A stretch of 64,000 nucleotides of DNA. It comes from Octopus vulgaris (Eukaryota). A program made the position numbers and the translations under genes. Under the pieces are notes generated by a model. That model was given only the letters and a program-made list of their open reading frames with translations. It was not told where the DNA came from and did no database searches. Numbering within the stretch: position 1 is the first letter of the stretch; each line of letters opens with the position of its first letter. Of this stretch, positions 25,487-39,499 are shown piece by piece. The DNA lies in contig OX597818.1 in the NCBI GenBank assembly GCA_951406725.2, positions 113,770,001 to 113,834,000 on the forward strand. Reading direction: 5' to 3'.

Positions 25487-27739
25487 CTAGTGAAGTAAAA
25501 TATATATATATTCACGAATATTTATTTAAGCAGACAATGTTATGTATCGACTTATTGTATATTCTCAGAATGAAAAGCTTCAAATAAATTTAAAACTTCA
25601 TTTCTTTTCTAATACTAAACAAGTTGTACTTGGTTTTTAGTAAGTATTTAATTATTTTAATTTAGTTACTTTCTATATGTTGGTATTGATGTTATTTTAT
25701 TTAAATAAGATAATATAAACACACACATTTCGAACATGTAAGGGGTTTCTTTCTTTTTCTTTTGTATGCTATAATATTTAACATGTCTTCTAATCAACAT
25801 TTCCAAAAAGTTCTATATCCGAAATATAGCCTCTTTAACTTCAAAAGAAGTAATACGACAATGAGGATAAAACTGAGACCAAAGAAGGATGGTAGACTGT
25901 TGAGGAGAGTCTGTTAAAAAGGGGAAGAAAAAATGCCAGAGAGAAACAAAAAGCTCAAAAAGAAAAGACATAGGATAATGAAGAAAAGCCTACCTCTCTC
26001 CCGGAAGAAACCAAGAGCAACAAACCCAGCTCGTCCTTGGAAGCTACGTGGTTTAGCGTGATGAGAACATTCAAGACTTTATAGGCAACAAGTGGAAAGA
26101 AGCAAGTGAAAAGATGTTGATTGCAGCGCATGAGGACAGAGTGCAAAGAAGGATAGACTGCTGGTGAAAACCTTATAATTATTCTATTCGTAGCTGTATC
26201 TTAATTATATAAAAGACGTAGCTCTTTTTTTCGAGCCACTCCAATTATCAACTTAATCTAGGGACATACATATAAGGGTAAGAAACCCTGATGTAACACC
26301 TGTACAGCTTCTCACTTACGATGAGATGGGAATGCGTGGCCCTTATTTGTTGCATTACATGTACATACACCTCACACACACTCCTGAGACACACATACTC
26401 ACACACACACACACACATACACAAATATATAATACATGCACAACACGTTATATATATATGTAAATATTTACATGTATACATACATATAGTTAGCTAGCTA
26501 GCTAGCAAGACAGACAGACAGATAGACAGTCAGACAGACTGACAGAGATATATCTGTCCGTGTGTTTGTGCCTATCTATTTTATGTATATTGCTTATATC
26601 AAATTTTTCCTTCCTTTTTATATATTTGGCAGGAAGAGGCACTCGCCATAGAAGTGGTATAGAAAGGTAAAAACAAAGAAAACAACGGCAAATAATTTTT
26701 AAATGAAAACACACAAGAAAACAATGAAAGCATTTCATTTAAATAGCAACAATAGCTCTAATAATTAGTAAAACAAACAGCCCAACTGCAGAGACAGTGT
26801 AGCAGCAGAGAGTAACAAACAATTTTTATATTTACTAAGTATGGTATTTTAGAATGTTTTATATCATAGGAGATACTTGCAATTCTGTAACAGTCTTTGC
26901 AGGGTGTTGATTTTAATTAACCCGCAAAAAAGCTCAGCAACAACATTTCAACTAACATCGTAGAAAACACAGGGCAATTTGGGAGGATTTTTTTCTTTTA
27001 TTAATAAAATGTGGGTTTGGGTGACACAAAATACAAATTCAGATTTAGTTGCTAATTTTAGTGTTGAGTGGCCATGCAGACGTTTGCTGATTGTGGTTCG
27101 TCATGGATATTGTTTATCATAGGTTTTGTAACATGCATGAAATCTATCTTGCTGTGTGTCTGTGAAATTAAGTTGTAAATTTAATATGAAACATAATTAA
27201 AATTTATATGTAATCTATATCAACCAAAACTGAAAGTTCAGGGCACAGGAAGAAATATTATGATGATTTATGGCAGCGACTTTCTCAAACCCGTCAATAA
27301 ATTATAAGGGATTACTACAAGTGTTTTTCTGACAGGTTCTCATCTATCTGTAGGTTCATTTGATATATATATAGAAATAAATGTGCGTGTGTGTGTGTGA
27401 ACGCACGTGTATGTGTATACATATACTTATTCATAGATAAACATATAAACACAGTGATGTGTGTAGTTGCATTCTGTGAATTCTTACACTGTTTATTATT
27501 TATTTGTTGATATAATTCATACACATGTGTGCGCGCGTACGTACGCATATGGTGGCTGCCCCCTCATTATCGAGAATGGCCATTGCACGAAGCTTAATCA
27601 ATGTTGCTATCGTGCAATGCCTGTGCAAGAAGATTTTTTTAAGTGAGGAAAGGCTGTGCACTGGGTCAATCCCACTCACTAAGCAACAGCAGCCATAATC
27701 CGAAAAGAAGAACAAGTCAACATCATCGGTAACCACTGA

Positions 27740-28100
27740 GCCGCAGTTTTATGTCGGAGTTATCCCAGTCACCTGAGTTACCTTCTCCTAGAAGGATGCC
27801 CTAACAAAGGCTAGGAGTCCTTCACTCCCAATGGCTTAACCGTGCGATCGGGCATTCAGTCCGATTATTTCTATGTCCCCGCGCATGATACAGCCTTAAG
27901 ACATTTATTGGATGGCCGTTGACTCTCAAGAGTTCCTCCGCCCTTTGACGAGTTTTGTTTTTCATCCCGCAGGGTGTCCAATAAACACCCTCCTCACCAA
28001 GCAAGCTTGGTGGGGTTGCCGGTTTAGTCGCCGACGACCCGACCATGCAACAGGTTGTACCGGGTTACATGTTACCAGTAGCACTCGAAAGTGACCTGAC
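27740..28100 (-). mobile_element. 5' UTR of an RTE-type LINE or derived element
   Basis: GC-rich island with gttaccttctcctagaaggatgccctaacaaaggctaggag, resembling RTE 5' regions; HDV-like ribozyme pairings at 28019-28074. Confidence 0.55.
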
Positions 28101-28429
28101 ACATACGTACGCATATAAATATAAACGAATGTACATGCATACTAAACAAGTGCATACATGTCTATGGCTGTGTGTGTATATAAGCCAAACATAAAACTTC
28201 AAGAAAATATGAAAAACGATTAATAAAAAATATATTAAAAGTGAAGACAGACCTGTGTTTAATAAAACTTTAATAACGCTATTGAATTTCTTCCCTATCT
28301 GTTCTCTCCTCGGCTATATCTATTCTCTAGTCACGGGTGCTGGGTGAACTGGGATAATATGGACAATGTAGCATTTAACAGAAAATTTGAATTCATGACC
28401 CATGTGTGGACGGTGTCTGTGAGTATGTG

Positions 28430-28780
28430 AATGAGTTTGTATCCCTCATTCTAGACTCGCACAATAACTGTTACCGGCATTCGTTCGGTGATACAGGTTT
28501 CCAATCTCCCATAGAAATATGCCCAGCGTTGGAGGAATATTAGCTTGCTTGGAAACAAGTGACACTTGGCGACAGGAAGGGCATCCAACTGTAGAAAATC
28601 AACCTAATGAACTCCATCCGATCAATGCAAACGTGCGAAAATGAATATAAAAACGATGATGACAGTGAAGATGAAGACGGCAATGACATCGAAGACAATG
28701 ATGACGACGATGATGTTGCTGATGTTGATGATGATGATGTCGACGACGATGACGACGACGACGATGATGATGATGATGAA
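28430..28780 (+). mobile_element. SINE 3' portion with expanded (GAT/GAC)n tail
   Basis: ttggcgacaggaagggcatcc (Nin-like) then ...aaaacgatgatgac tail, as at 5480-5627. Confidence 0.7.
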
Positions 28781-29005
28781 AATAGTTACTCGTCATATAC
28801 AGATTCGTCATAGGCAGATATGATTATGACGCTTAATAAGTTCGCATTCTTGTCAGAGTTTCGTCTCACCATTAATTGCACACTTCGTGACACAAAGCAA
28901 GTCTCTTCTACGCTAATGAAAGTGAGTTGCCGGAAAGTGCGTGGAGGTCATTCGCATAAACTGTACCGACACTACATAGAGACACTATCATTAATACACA
29001 CAGCG

Positions 29006-29482
29006 GATCTTTTCACTTTGACCGGTAGATTTTTAAAATAATTTCTTTGTAACTAAACACTTTTAAACTTCGTATACTGGTAGAGTGTGTCACATAAAAC
29101 ATCTTTTTCTCTTGGCGTTCTTGAGAAAATTATGTAGTTTGTAAGGTATTTCTTGTTTAATTTCTCGTATTTCGGCAATTTCAACCAATAAATGACGTCT
29201 ATTGAGGTGAATAAAATTACTGCTGTTGTTTGCCAACAAGCTCAACAACAACTTCCGGCGGTGTCTATTTCGTTTAAGAAACAGATTGAAATGCAATAAA
29301 ATAGATCGAAACTAGGGTCATAACTATGGGTGGACACTTAATGAGGGAACGGTTTTGTTATCCAGCTCTGTTTACGAGTGACCCCTCAGTTTATGGCCAC
29401 AAAATGTTTATATTTGCAGCTTATTTACATTTTTGAAGAAAAAAGATAACCTTCCCCCACCCCAAACCCTAACCCTAACCCC
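29006..29482. mobile_element. Second copy of the (TAACCC)n-containing element
   Basis: Aligns to 2440-2850 with internal rearrangement; ends cccaaaccctaaccctaacccc. Confidence 0.7.
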
Positions 29483-29949
29483 ACATATATAAAAAAATAA
29501 AAATGTTACGGTAACTGACGATCTTCTTCAAATGTAAACAAATACACTTGAGGTAAATGGGACTCATATAGAAAGAATGTCGATATGTATAATATAAATA
29601 ATAGATTTGTATGTAATACATGTATGTATGTGTACATATATACATAATATCATACAGTGTAGTTATTGTATGTATAGCAATAATTTTTATGATGTTTATA
29701 AATTCAATTTGTATTATGTTGGATGCATGAAATGTTATATGTAATACTGTTTCATTCATTTATTAACCATCGCTTCTCATCATTAATACCCATTATTCAT
29801 TAAGTTATTCATATATTAAAATGTATTTATACATCACAATACGCATACAAATTTCAACACCCAAACCTTGTCCTCTTTTCCTTGTTTCTTTCTTGTAAAC
29901 ACAAGACATACACCCACCCAGACACCGCCAGAAGTTGTTGTTGAACTTG

Positions 29950-30530
29950 TTGGCATGCACAGTACAAAGATCAGTGGGGACAGGCAGTCTCCTTGGAAGA
30001 TGCCCTTCCTAATGTCTACTGTCCCTAAGCTTCTTCCGTATGCTGTCATGTCAGTCCTCCAATTCGCCATACTTTTTCCCAGCAATCGCTCAACATTCGA
30101 TGCAATACCAAATAGGTTCATACATTCCATAATCCAAGAATGTGGTATCATATCGTACGCCTTACAATAGTCGATCCATGACATGGCTAAGTTACTTTTC
30201 CTCCTCTTGCTGTCTCTAAGTACAGTTTTATCTATCAGAAGTTGATCCTTGGTACCTCTGCACTTACGCTTGCAACCTTTCTGCTCATGTAGCAGGACTC
30301 CATTTTTTCCAGATGTTTGTACATTGACTCTGCGAGTATTCCAGTTAATAACTTCCACATAAGTGGTAAACACGATATCGGCCTGTAATTGTCTACCGTA
30401 TTGCCTTTTTCGATATTTTTCAGGTACAGCACTGTCCTACCCAATGTCAACCACTCTGGTGTTACTTGGTCGGCATTTAACAAGGTGATGAGTTGCGCAG
30501 CTATTCGTGCATGACATTCCCCAAATCTTT
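29950..30530 (-). pseudogene. R4/Dong-clade LINE reverse transcriptase fragment
   Basis: [28 protein letters not shown] then [42 protein letters not shown], with one frameshift near 30305. Confidence 0.92.
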
Positions 30531-30819
30531 AAAGTCTTGGTTCCAGACGCAACTTACCAACCTCAACAGATGTGGTCTTCACAGCTGCATAAATCAATGG
30601 GAGAAGGGTGTCGCCAATGGTGGTGGCTATGTAGAGAAGCGCTAATAATTATGCCACGTTTCGTTTATCCCAGTCCTTGGGAAGTGGGTCAGGAGAAATC
30701 TTTAATGAACACCCCGCAAATGTGCTAGCAGGGTTGTAGCTATGTAGATGTGTGTGCACGCGCCCGTTCGCGTGTGCATGTTTGTATGAACGCATGTGCG
30801 TATGTATAAGAATATATAT

Positions 30820-31036
30820 ACACGAGAAGTGATGAAAGCTCTTGGCTTTAAAGGTATCGCGAATGGCCTGGTTGGAGGCCCGACCTTCTGAGTTCTTTTG
30901 CAGGTCTTAGAAAAACTGAAGGGCTGCTGCAATAAGTGTGTGAATCCGAGAGGGGAATATGTAGAATAAAATAAAAAATAACTAATCCTCTTGTATTTTC
31001 TTTTATCCAAAGCCAGAAACCTTTCACCACCCCTTA
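30820..31036 (+). mobile_element. mariner deletion derivative (MITE-like)
   Basis: Imperfect TIRs gtgatgaaagctcttggcttt / aaagccagaaacctttcaccac; internal WLEARPSEFF...NKCVNPRGEYVE*, a mariner C-terminus; TA flanks. Confidence 0.75.
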
Positions 31037-31469
31037 ATATATATATACATGCCCACATAAATTTGTTTATATAAAAATGCAGACGTGTATTCATGTGTAT
31101 TCATGTATATATTATGAGTGTGTATGTGTGTGAAAACTTTATTTTTTACATAAATATACAACTACATATATTAATATGTATGGCTTAAAGTTTTTTTGTT
31201 CTTTTTTTTTTGATAGCGGCAAAACTTTAAGTCAATAATAATTTATGTATTTACCATGAGGGTGACGTATGGGGCAAAATTACAAGTAAGAATTACAAAA
31301 ACAGTAGGGGTTTGTTACATAAATTTCAGTATAAGAAAACGGATGTGAACAAGTATCCATTATAAAATGAAATGAAACAGTCCAAAAGGGATCAACCTCA
31401 TGGGACCAATCGGGAAAGCTCACAGATCTCGGATTGATAATTTCTGCCAAGAACATATGTGTTCTTCCA

Positions 31470-31990
31470 ACTGTGTACTTCAACCTATCCGAACCATGCT
31501 ATATGCAATTCCATTCACTCGCACCATTATTGCTAATCTGACCCACCTATCAGAGAATCTACTGTTGGGCATCACTTCTTTCTCTTTTCTCATCTGCCTC
31601 ACCAAATCATCACCAAGTCACACTTGAAGAAGTTGATGAGTTTTGAGGTAAAGAAGAAAGTGACTGAGTTTTGTTCTTTCAATTATGTCCACCATACAAC
31701 CTTTTGCTTGTACCAGCCGGCTTAGAATACTGCTTGCCCTTTCCAGCCACAGTAAGACGGCGAAACGATTGTCATGACGAACCCGAGGCTGGTTGGATTC
31801 GTCCTATACTCGACAACAGCTATTTGATTTAACCCACAAGTCAACGATGCTTGGGGTACATGCAGAACAGGTTCATCACCCTTTGTGCATCTCAGAGAAG
31901 CCCGAGACTTAGAAAAATTATAAGTATTTGGCAACATTCCAGATGTAACAGATACAGCTGAAGTGATATACAACTATTTCAGCAAGGACA
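31470..31990 (-). mobile_element. Decayed L1/Tx1-like ORF2 C-terminus
   Basis: RCTKGDEPVLH zinc-knuckle-like motif, then KVVWWT..LINFFK..RFSDRWVRLA. Confidence 0.55.
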
Positions 31991-32561
31991 TTAGCAAATT
32001 ACTTAAAGAGTTAGACATTGGCACGTAGTAACACTAAGATTTGTAAATGTTGCTATGGCAGTCTCACTCGTAAACTTCGTGCTTTCATGTTAACCTTAAA
32101 CAGCTATGTTAAACTTAGTCAATTTTATACATATTTCCCATCGAAAGTTTTTACTAAACATTTCTACAACATAGTTCTTTGCTTCAAAATTTATGTATTT
32201 TTCCCCGTAAATATTTCTTTTTTGGTAAGAAAGCAAATTTTTGATGTATTTCTGAAACAATCAATAATAAATATGATACATAGCTCTGATCCTATCAGTG
32301 AATATGCTGAATGAAACCGTCAATGCTTACAAATGCAGTGAAGCAACGAGCTATACGCTACATGGTTGCTCGGCCTGCTCGAAGAAGTAACCAGATGTCC
32401 CTCGGAACATAATCATTATATGCTCTCTAAAACACGGAAACAACTCATTAGATAACGTAGTCCCACCAATCATTAAAATATAGGTGTGACCAAGGTTGGC
32501 TAGACTTTGTTCATGAGTTTGATCATAGAGATAACTTACGGCTAAATAACAATAGCAATAA

Positions 32562-32787
32562 TTCTTTCTCCTATACAGAACAAAGCCTCAAATTTTGGGG
32601 GCTAGTGGAGCGGTGTGGAGGGGGTCTTGTCGATTTCATCCACCTCTGTACTTTAATGGTACTTATTTTATCGACTCTGAAAGAATAAAGTAGACAGCAG
32701 CAGAATTTAAGCTCAGACCGTAAAGCCAGAAGAAATGCCGCTAAGCATTTTATCCGACGTGCAAACGATTCTCCCAGTTCGCTGTCT
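32562..32787 (-). mobile_element. SINE, Meta-like family
   Basis: ggtacttattttatcgac...gaaatgccgctaagcatttt...aacgattctcccagttcgc. Confidence 0.8.
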
Positions 32788-32809
32788 TTACAACTACAAT
32801 AATGCTCGA

Positions 32810-33450
32810 TAAACGATATTTCTGTATGGTTGATTTAAAGCTATTTATGGAGAACATAACTGAGAATTGCTCATGAAATGAGTCAAGCTATAAAATTGGG
32901 TATGGAACCAAAGAAAATTTCCAAGGCTACTACTAACTGAGGCAAATTAACCAAAACTGATACTGAATTAGATTCAGGCTTTGATAATATTAAATTAGAT
33001 CCAGAAAACCAGATAGATGAAGACCACTCGTACACATACTTAAGAAAAGATGAAAGAATAAGATACAACACACTTAAGTGAAGAAGAAAATTAGGAAAGA
33101 GTATCACAGAAGAAACATATTAAAACCAGAACTAAATACTGGAATGAAGATAACAGGCATAAACACAATACCGTTCCAGTAATAAACAACAGTTTTAGAA
33201 TATTAAATAAGTAAATTGAAGAACTTAGGAAAATCAGGGGACTGTAAGCAGCATCCCGAGGTCAGCGCTATATAACTGATATGAATAAATAAATACCTAA
33301 TTGCACATTGGGGTGGTATAAGACTTCATACAAAATAAAAAATAAAACAGAGAACTTATACATAGTAACAACAATGGGACTAGAAAAATACATTGAAGCA
33401 AGTAAAGAGGAACCAATGAGAGAAATAAGGAATACTTTTCCAAGTAAAGG
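32810..33450 (+). pseudogene. Decayed R4/Dong-clade reverse transcriptase (catalytic to thumb region)
   Basis: CMVDLKLF (degenerate YMDDLKL), SYTYL, KIRKEYHRR, ILKPELNTGMKITGINT, VPVINNSF, EELRKI. Confidence 0.7.
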
Positions 33451-33597
33451 ATAACATATTTCACTGATTTCATCGATCTAAATAATGTAAAGAAACATAC
33501 GCGCTGGCACAGGCATTCACACTCTTACATACGCATACAGACACATGCATATGTATGCAAAGCATAGGTGTATATAAATATGTATGCGTATGTATGA

Positions 33598-33647
<50 letters not shown>

Positions 33648-33727
33648 GTATACCTACATATATATATGTATACCTATATATGTATACATATATATATATA
33701 TATATGTATACCTACCTACCTAACTAC

Positions 33728-33800
<73 letters not shown>

Positions 33801-33809
33801 AATCAATCA

Positions 33810-33877
<68 letters not shown>

Positions 33878-33879
<2 letters not shown>

Positions 33880-34030
33880 GGACACGCATCTAGGGTACGT
33901 GGGCAGAGATAGGAATAGACAGGGATGCAAATGCCTCAGAGACCTGCTCAGACGCTTTCAACTGTCTGACACATACCAACTCGACCACCCGAATGCGCCA
34001 GCGTAGCTTGGCATTAACTGTAGAACTAGA
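33878..34030 (+). pseudogene. L1/Tx1-like APE endonuclease fragment
   Basis: LRDLLRRFQLSDTYQLDHPNAPA resembles the LxDxWRxxHP motif. Confidence 0.5.
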
Positions 34031-35599
34031 AATGTAGTTTACAGCATAAGATGCATAGAAGGTGCTTGTAAAGACATGAACATGATATACATAGGGGAGA
34101 CATCTAGGAACGACTAAATGAACAACTGAGACAATATGACGACAAAAAACAGTCCTCCATATTCTACCAACATGGAGGCAACATGCATCTTATCCAAGCA
34201 CCCAAAAGACCCAACACTCAGACGAATACGGGCGTACGTCCTTATAAATGAAACTTCTCCAATACTAAATAGGAAATATACATAGTAGATATCATACCCC
34301 CATACCCACAGTTTACATAGGTAGGGTAGAATAGTCAGTGGACTGTTATGTAGATAGATGTATGTATGTTTGTGAGTGTAGGTGTCTGTATATATGTGTA
34401 TATGCACATGTATGTAAGCATATGGATATGAAAATATACAGACGGATAGGTACATAGGTTATATGAACAGACAAGCACATATACACAAATGGAGACTGAA
34501 ACACATGACCATATATACACACACACTTTACTTCACACAAGGATACATATAGAGACACATGTCCACCACATATGGAGATGCATGCATATCCATACATACA
34601 AACACAGTAGATAATTGCATAATACACACACACACTCAGACATGCACACAGGAGACAGAAGTACATATATATACAAACACACGCACACACATAAATAAAA
34701 AAAACACACCAACACGGACACGCAAACACATGAATATGCAGAATACACACATACAGGTGCACATACATACATATATACCGATGCACACACACATATGTAT
34801 ACACACATGCATACATACATACATGCATGCATAGACACACACACACACACTGACCCACATATATGCGCACAAACAAGCAAAAAGAAACGCAGTGTAAATA
34901 ACGGACAGTCAAGACTATTGAAAAGGTTGCAAGATGCAACGAAAATTTTATAAAAATAAGAATAAGAAATAAGTGGAAATTTTACTGGCGAATGTGTTAA
35001 ATTATAAGGCACAAAAAGAAAATGACTCTCCCCAGACACAACATAATTCATAATGTTCGCTGTGAGAACAATTCACAATACATACCTACAAAGTCATTAC
35101 CCAATAAAATAACCCGAACATCACAACAAGTGCTTCACACTTTCGACACTAAAGCACAAATCAAACCACACACGCAAAACAGGACCAACCATAAAACCAA
35201 CCCGTATTCCACGTATTCCATACCACATTACAGTAACTTGAGACAACAAAACACGAAACATACAAATCAATTATACCGCGTCGAACCAAAAGTTCAAAGC
35301 TACGCACACCTCAGGAACATGGTGGTGCATCTGGTCATAAAAAGGTAATACTAATGCTAATAAAGCTATTATTATTTACTTTCAGTATTTTTATACTATT
35401 TATGTGCATCCAGGCATTGATACACGAATGGATAGCTCTGAAAGATCCACTATGAACAGCAGCGGCCCCAATACAGTTCCTTAAGACAAGGTAAGCCTTA
35501 ATACAAAAAAAAAAGAAGTAACTTTTTGCGGTGTTGAAAACTCCTCATTGTTCGATACTTACGTACACATACACACACACACATATGTATACATGTATA

Positions 35600-35694
<95 letters not shown>

Positions 35695-36016
35695 ATATAT
35701 ATAAACAATTGCAGCGTGGAAGGTGTTTGTGTGTTTCTTAAATGGCTTGCAAACACCTTCCACGCTGCAATTGTTTTCGTTCCAGCACACGATCTCAGAT
35801 CAAATCACTTGCTATGCAAGTACATCCCCTGTATATATAAAGTTCAAGTTGAAAAATCCCCCAGAATGGACGAAAGCGCTAGTATATGATATATGATATA
35901 AGTTATATGATGTATAAAAACATGTAATATACAAATAAATATCTGTAAATATAAAACCATCCGAATTTCTGAATACCTCATTTCTTCTAATACCTGTACA
36001 TCAACTCCAAACCTTC

Positions 36017-36067
<51 letters not shown>

Positions 36068-36227
36068 ACAATGAGAATGAGTGTTTAGCACTGCATTGGT
36101 GGATAATAATTCTTTATTTATGTATTAAGGCTTACATTGGTTGGGTTTCATGTTAAGAAATATCTCAATAATTCTTGAAACTGGTAACAGAAAAATTGGT
36201 ATTTGCTTACATTTTGGATTAAAACAC

Positions 36228-36270
<43 letters not shown>

Positions 36271-36387
36271 ATTCATAGATAGAAATAGGTATAGAAATAT
36301 AGGTATTTACAAACACACACACATACACACACACACACACATACATACATACATACATACATACATACATACATACATACATACATA

Positions 36388-37845
36388 CACTGGCCAAAAT
36401 AAGGTTAATGACAGTTTTATTCCTTCATTAATATATTTTTGACAAGACTATATAAAATTATTTTACTTTTTACAGTTAATGTAGAATATTTTTCTCTTTC
36501 GAATGATATAAGCATTATATATCTTTCTACAATTCGAATAATTTTAATGTGCAATTAATTCAAATGATTAGAAATTGTCAACAAAATAAGTTTAAGACCG
36601 TTCCAAGATTATGCAAATTAATAAACCAAATTGGTGGTCATATGGCTTGTTGAACTGCATTTTTTGTTTAATAATCGAGCATTGTTACACATTAAAATGT
36701 TGTGGGAAAGCGTTATAGTGTCAGCTCTGTTACTAGATCAAAGATTGTGTTGTTTCATCAGCAAAATGTGTCCTTCATGAACATTAGCAAGCAATTAGGA
36801 TGCAGCAAAACGGCTTGTGTTCAAGCATCGAATCATTACCAAGCCACTGGTCAATACAAAGATCGGCAAAGAAAGGAAAACAACAGCACCGATGGATCGG
36901 CGAATTCATAGGATCTCTGAATGTAACCAAATGCTAACAGCAGTTAATATTTGCAAGCTAACATCAGCTTTACACCACAAACTGTCAGAAACCGCCTAAA
37001 AGAATTTGGATTGTTCGGCTAGATCGCTCGAAAGAAGCCGATAATTTCTGAGACGTATCGGCGGATGTGGATCAAATCTGCTAAAAGGCATATTGAATGG
37101 ACGGCCGAAGACAGGTAAAAAGTTCTTTGGAGCAACGAATCCCACTTCTGCATCTATGGATCAGACGGAAAGACTTATGTTAGATGCCGTCCAACTGAAG
37201 AATTCCATCCTAAGTGAGTCATGAAAATGGCGCAAACGGAAGGTGGTGGGATAATGGTGTGGGCTGCGTTTAGCAGCTTAGGTGTTGGTCCAATTGTTAG
37301 GGTTGATGGCTATTTGCAATTAGTAAACGAAAATGTGCTACCATATTTAAATAATCAGATGCCACCAGCAGAACGATTGCCCCGTTCATAAGGCTAGGAA
37401 AATTTTGCAATATTTTGAGCGTAATAATATGGTGGTTATTGAGCGGCCTCCGCATAGCCCAGCTTTGAATCCGATAAAAAATTTATGGAATTATGTTTCT
37501 AAAAGATTTCATGCTAAAAGACCAACAATTTAAACCCAATTATATAATTTTACTGAAGAAATATGGCAGAACATTCCAAGTGATTTTTGTGCTCATTTGT
37601 CGAACTCCGTGTCCCACCGTTGTAAGGCTGTAATTGAAAATAATGGCTTTGGAACTAGATACTAATAATAAATTTTTGTTCGTTGATCATTTGTGCCGTA
37701 AATTTTCAATTTAAACAAAATAATGTTGTTACGGTCTTAAACATATTTTACCGATAATTTTTAATCATTTGAATTAATTGCGCATTAAAATTATTCAAAT
37801 TGTAGAAAAGTATATAACGCCTGTATCATTCGAAAAAGAAAAACA
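36388..37845 (+). mobile_element. Tc1-like DNA transposon with long TIRs (right TIR truncated)
   Basis: 36487-36601 is inverted at 37731-37845; encloses a disrupted transposase. Confidence 0.9.
36702..37665 (+). pseudogene. Tc1 (DD34E-type) transposase pseudogene
   Basis: HTH N-terminus, ARKKP, VLWSNES, GGGIMVWAAFS, PPHSPALNPIKNLW, CKAVIENNGFGTRY*; several stops and frameshifts. Confidence 0.92.
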
Positions 37846-37942
37846 TGAACACGCACACATTTACACGCACTGCCCTGACAATTACATGACACACTCACAC
37901 AAACACACCATACAGAAAAATATTCATATATATATATAAATA

Positions 37943-37985
<43 letters not shown>

Positions 37986-38251
37986 ATTCGAGACAAAACC
38001 ACTATTTTAAAACCAAACAAGGAAAGACTTTAATCAATACATAAAATTTTAATATAAATTAAATAAACCGCCACTACATATGTTTATTTAATTTATATTA
38101 AAATTTTATGTATTGATTAAGTCTTTCCTTGTTTGGTTTTAAAATAGTGGTTTTGTCTCGAATTATATTATATAATATTTTACTTTAAAATTGGATTTAA
38201 CCCTAAATCTGATTTTTCCCTGTAATTTTGGATTCATTCCCTAATATTTAT

Positions 38252-38296
<45 letters not shown>

Positions 38297-38354
38297 CACA
38301 TGCATATACACAGATACACATATGAACACATTCATTCATGCAGACATACACATA

Positions 38355-38867
38355 CATGCTGGAAGTAAATAAACACCTTTAATTTTCAAAATTTCTGATC
38401 TAAGCGTCTTAATATGTTTTAAAATGTAAATATTATTTTTCATTCCAGGTGCCATTATATTAAACATTTGCGAAGAGTAACAATGCCACGCACAAAAAAT
38501 TCAGCAGAACTTATTGTTGGGCAATCTGAGGCAGGTCTTAGCCAGCGCAAAATTGCCGAAAATCTTCAAATTCCTCTTGCTACTGTTAATAGAATTATAG
38601 TGAAATTCAAAAACCAAGGAAAAGAATCTACAGATTCTCGTCCCGGCCGACCTGGACCCTCGGAAAGGAAGCTTCACTGTTTGAAGAGAATTGTGGAAAA
38701 TGTCTTCTGACATTGCAAAACAGCTAGAAATTAGTCCAAGAAAGTGTGTTACATATCTGCATAAGCTTGGGTATTATGGATGAGTAGCTAGAAGAAAACC
38801 TCCTTCAACCAATTAATATCAAATAAAAGATTTTGAAAATTAAAGGTGTCTATTTACTTCCTGCATG
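38355..38867 (+). mobile_element. Tc1 internal-deletion derivative
   Basis: TIRs catgctggaagtaaataaacacctttaattttcaaaat / attttgaaaattaaaggtgtctatttacttcctgcatg; retains the HTH region [32 protein letters not shown]. Confidence 0.9.
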
Positions 38868-39332
38868 TCTCTGTACATACATAAAGTGAACATATGTATA
38901 ACAACATGAACAATACTACGGCTATCAATACTACTAATAATGATGATGATGATGAGGAGGAGGAGGAGGAGGGAAATAACAACAACAACAACAATAACTC
39001 TGGCATATTACTCTGAAAAATTTCGCTATTTAATCAGATGCAAGTAAGAGATGGCTATTATTTTCTCTTTACGGTGTTTATTCAATTTATCAGTAACATT
39101 ATGAATAACAGCAATATAAACATTAGAGTGATTATATCAACAGTTATTTAACGTTCATTAGTAAGATGAGACGGCTTGTATGATATTCTAACTGGCACAG
39201 TGATGTTATTCATAAATGTAAAAGTAATTTTTCAATACCAGTTGAAATATCTAATGGCTTATAGATGTTATATATTATACTAAAAAATAAAACCACTATA
39301 ATATGCAGATGTGTGGAAGTCTGTATGTTAGC

Positions 39333-39363
<31 letters not shown>

Positions 39364-39499
39364 TGTATGTATGTATGTGTGTTTGTGTGTGTGAGGGAAG
39401 ACACAAGGTTCAGTGGTTAGACTGATGGGGTCACAATTATGAAGTAGTGCGTTTGATTTCCAGGCTGGTCTGTGTGTTCGCTTCTTGAGCAAGGTACTT

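Noticed and set aside
28607-28813. Asp-rich ORF resembling an acidic biomineralisation protein
   Set aside because: It is the expanded (GAT/GAC)n tail of a SINE; the upstream sequence matches the SINE 3' region at 5480-5627.
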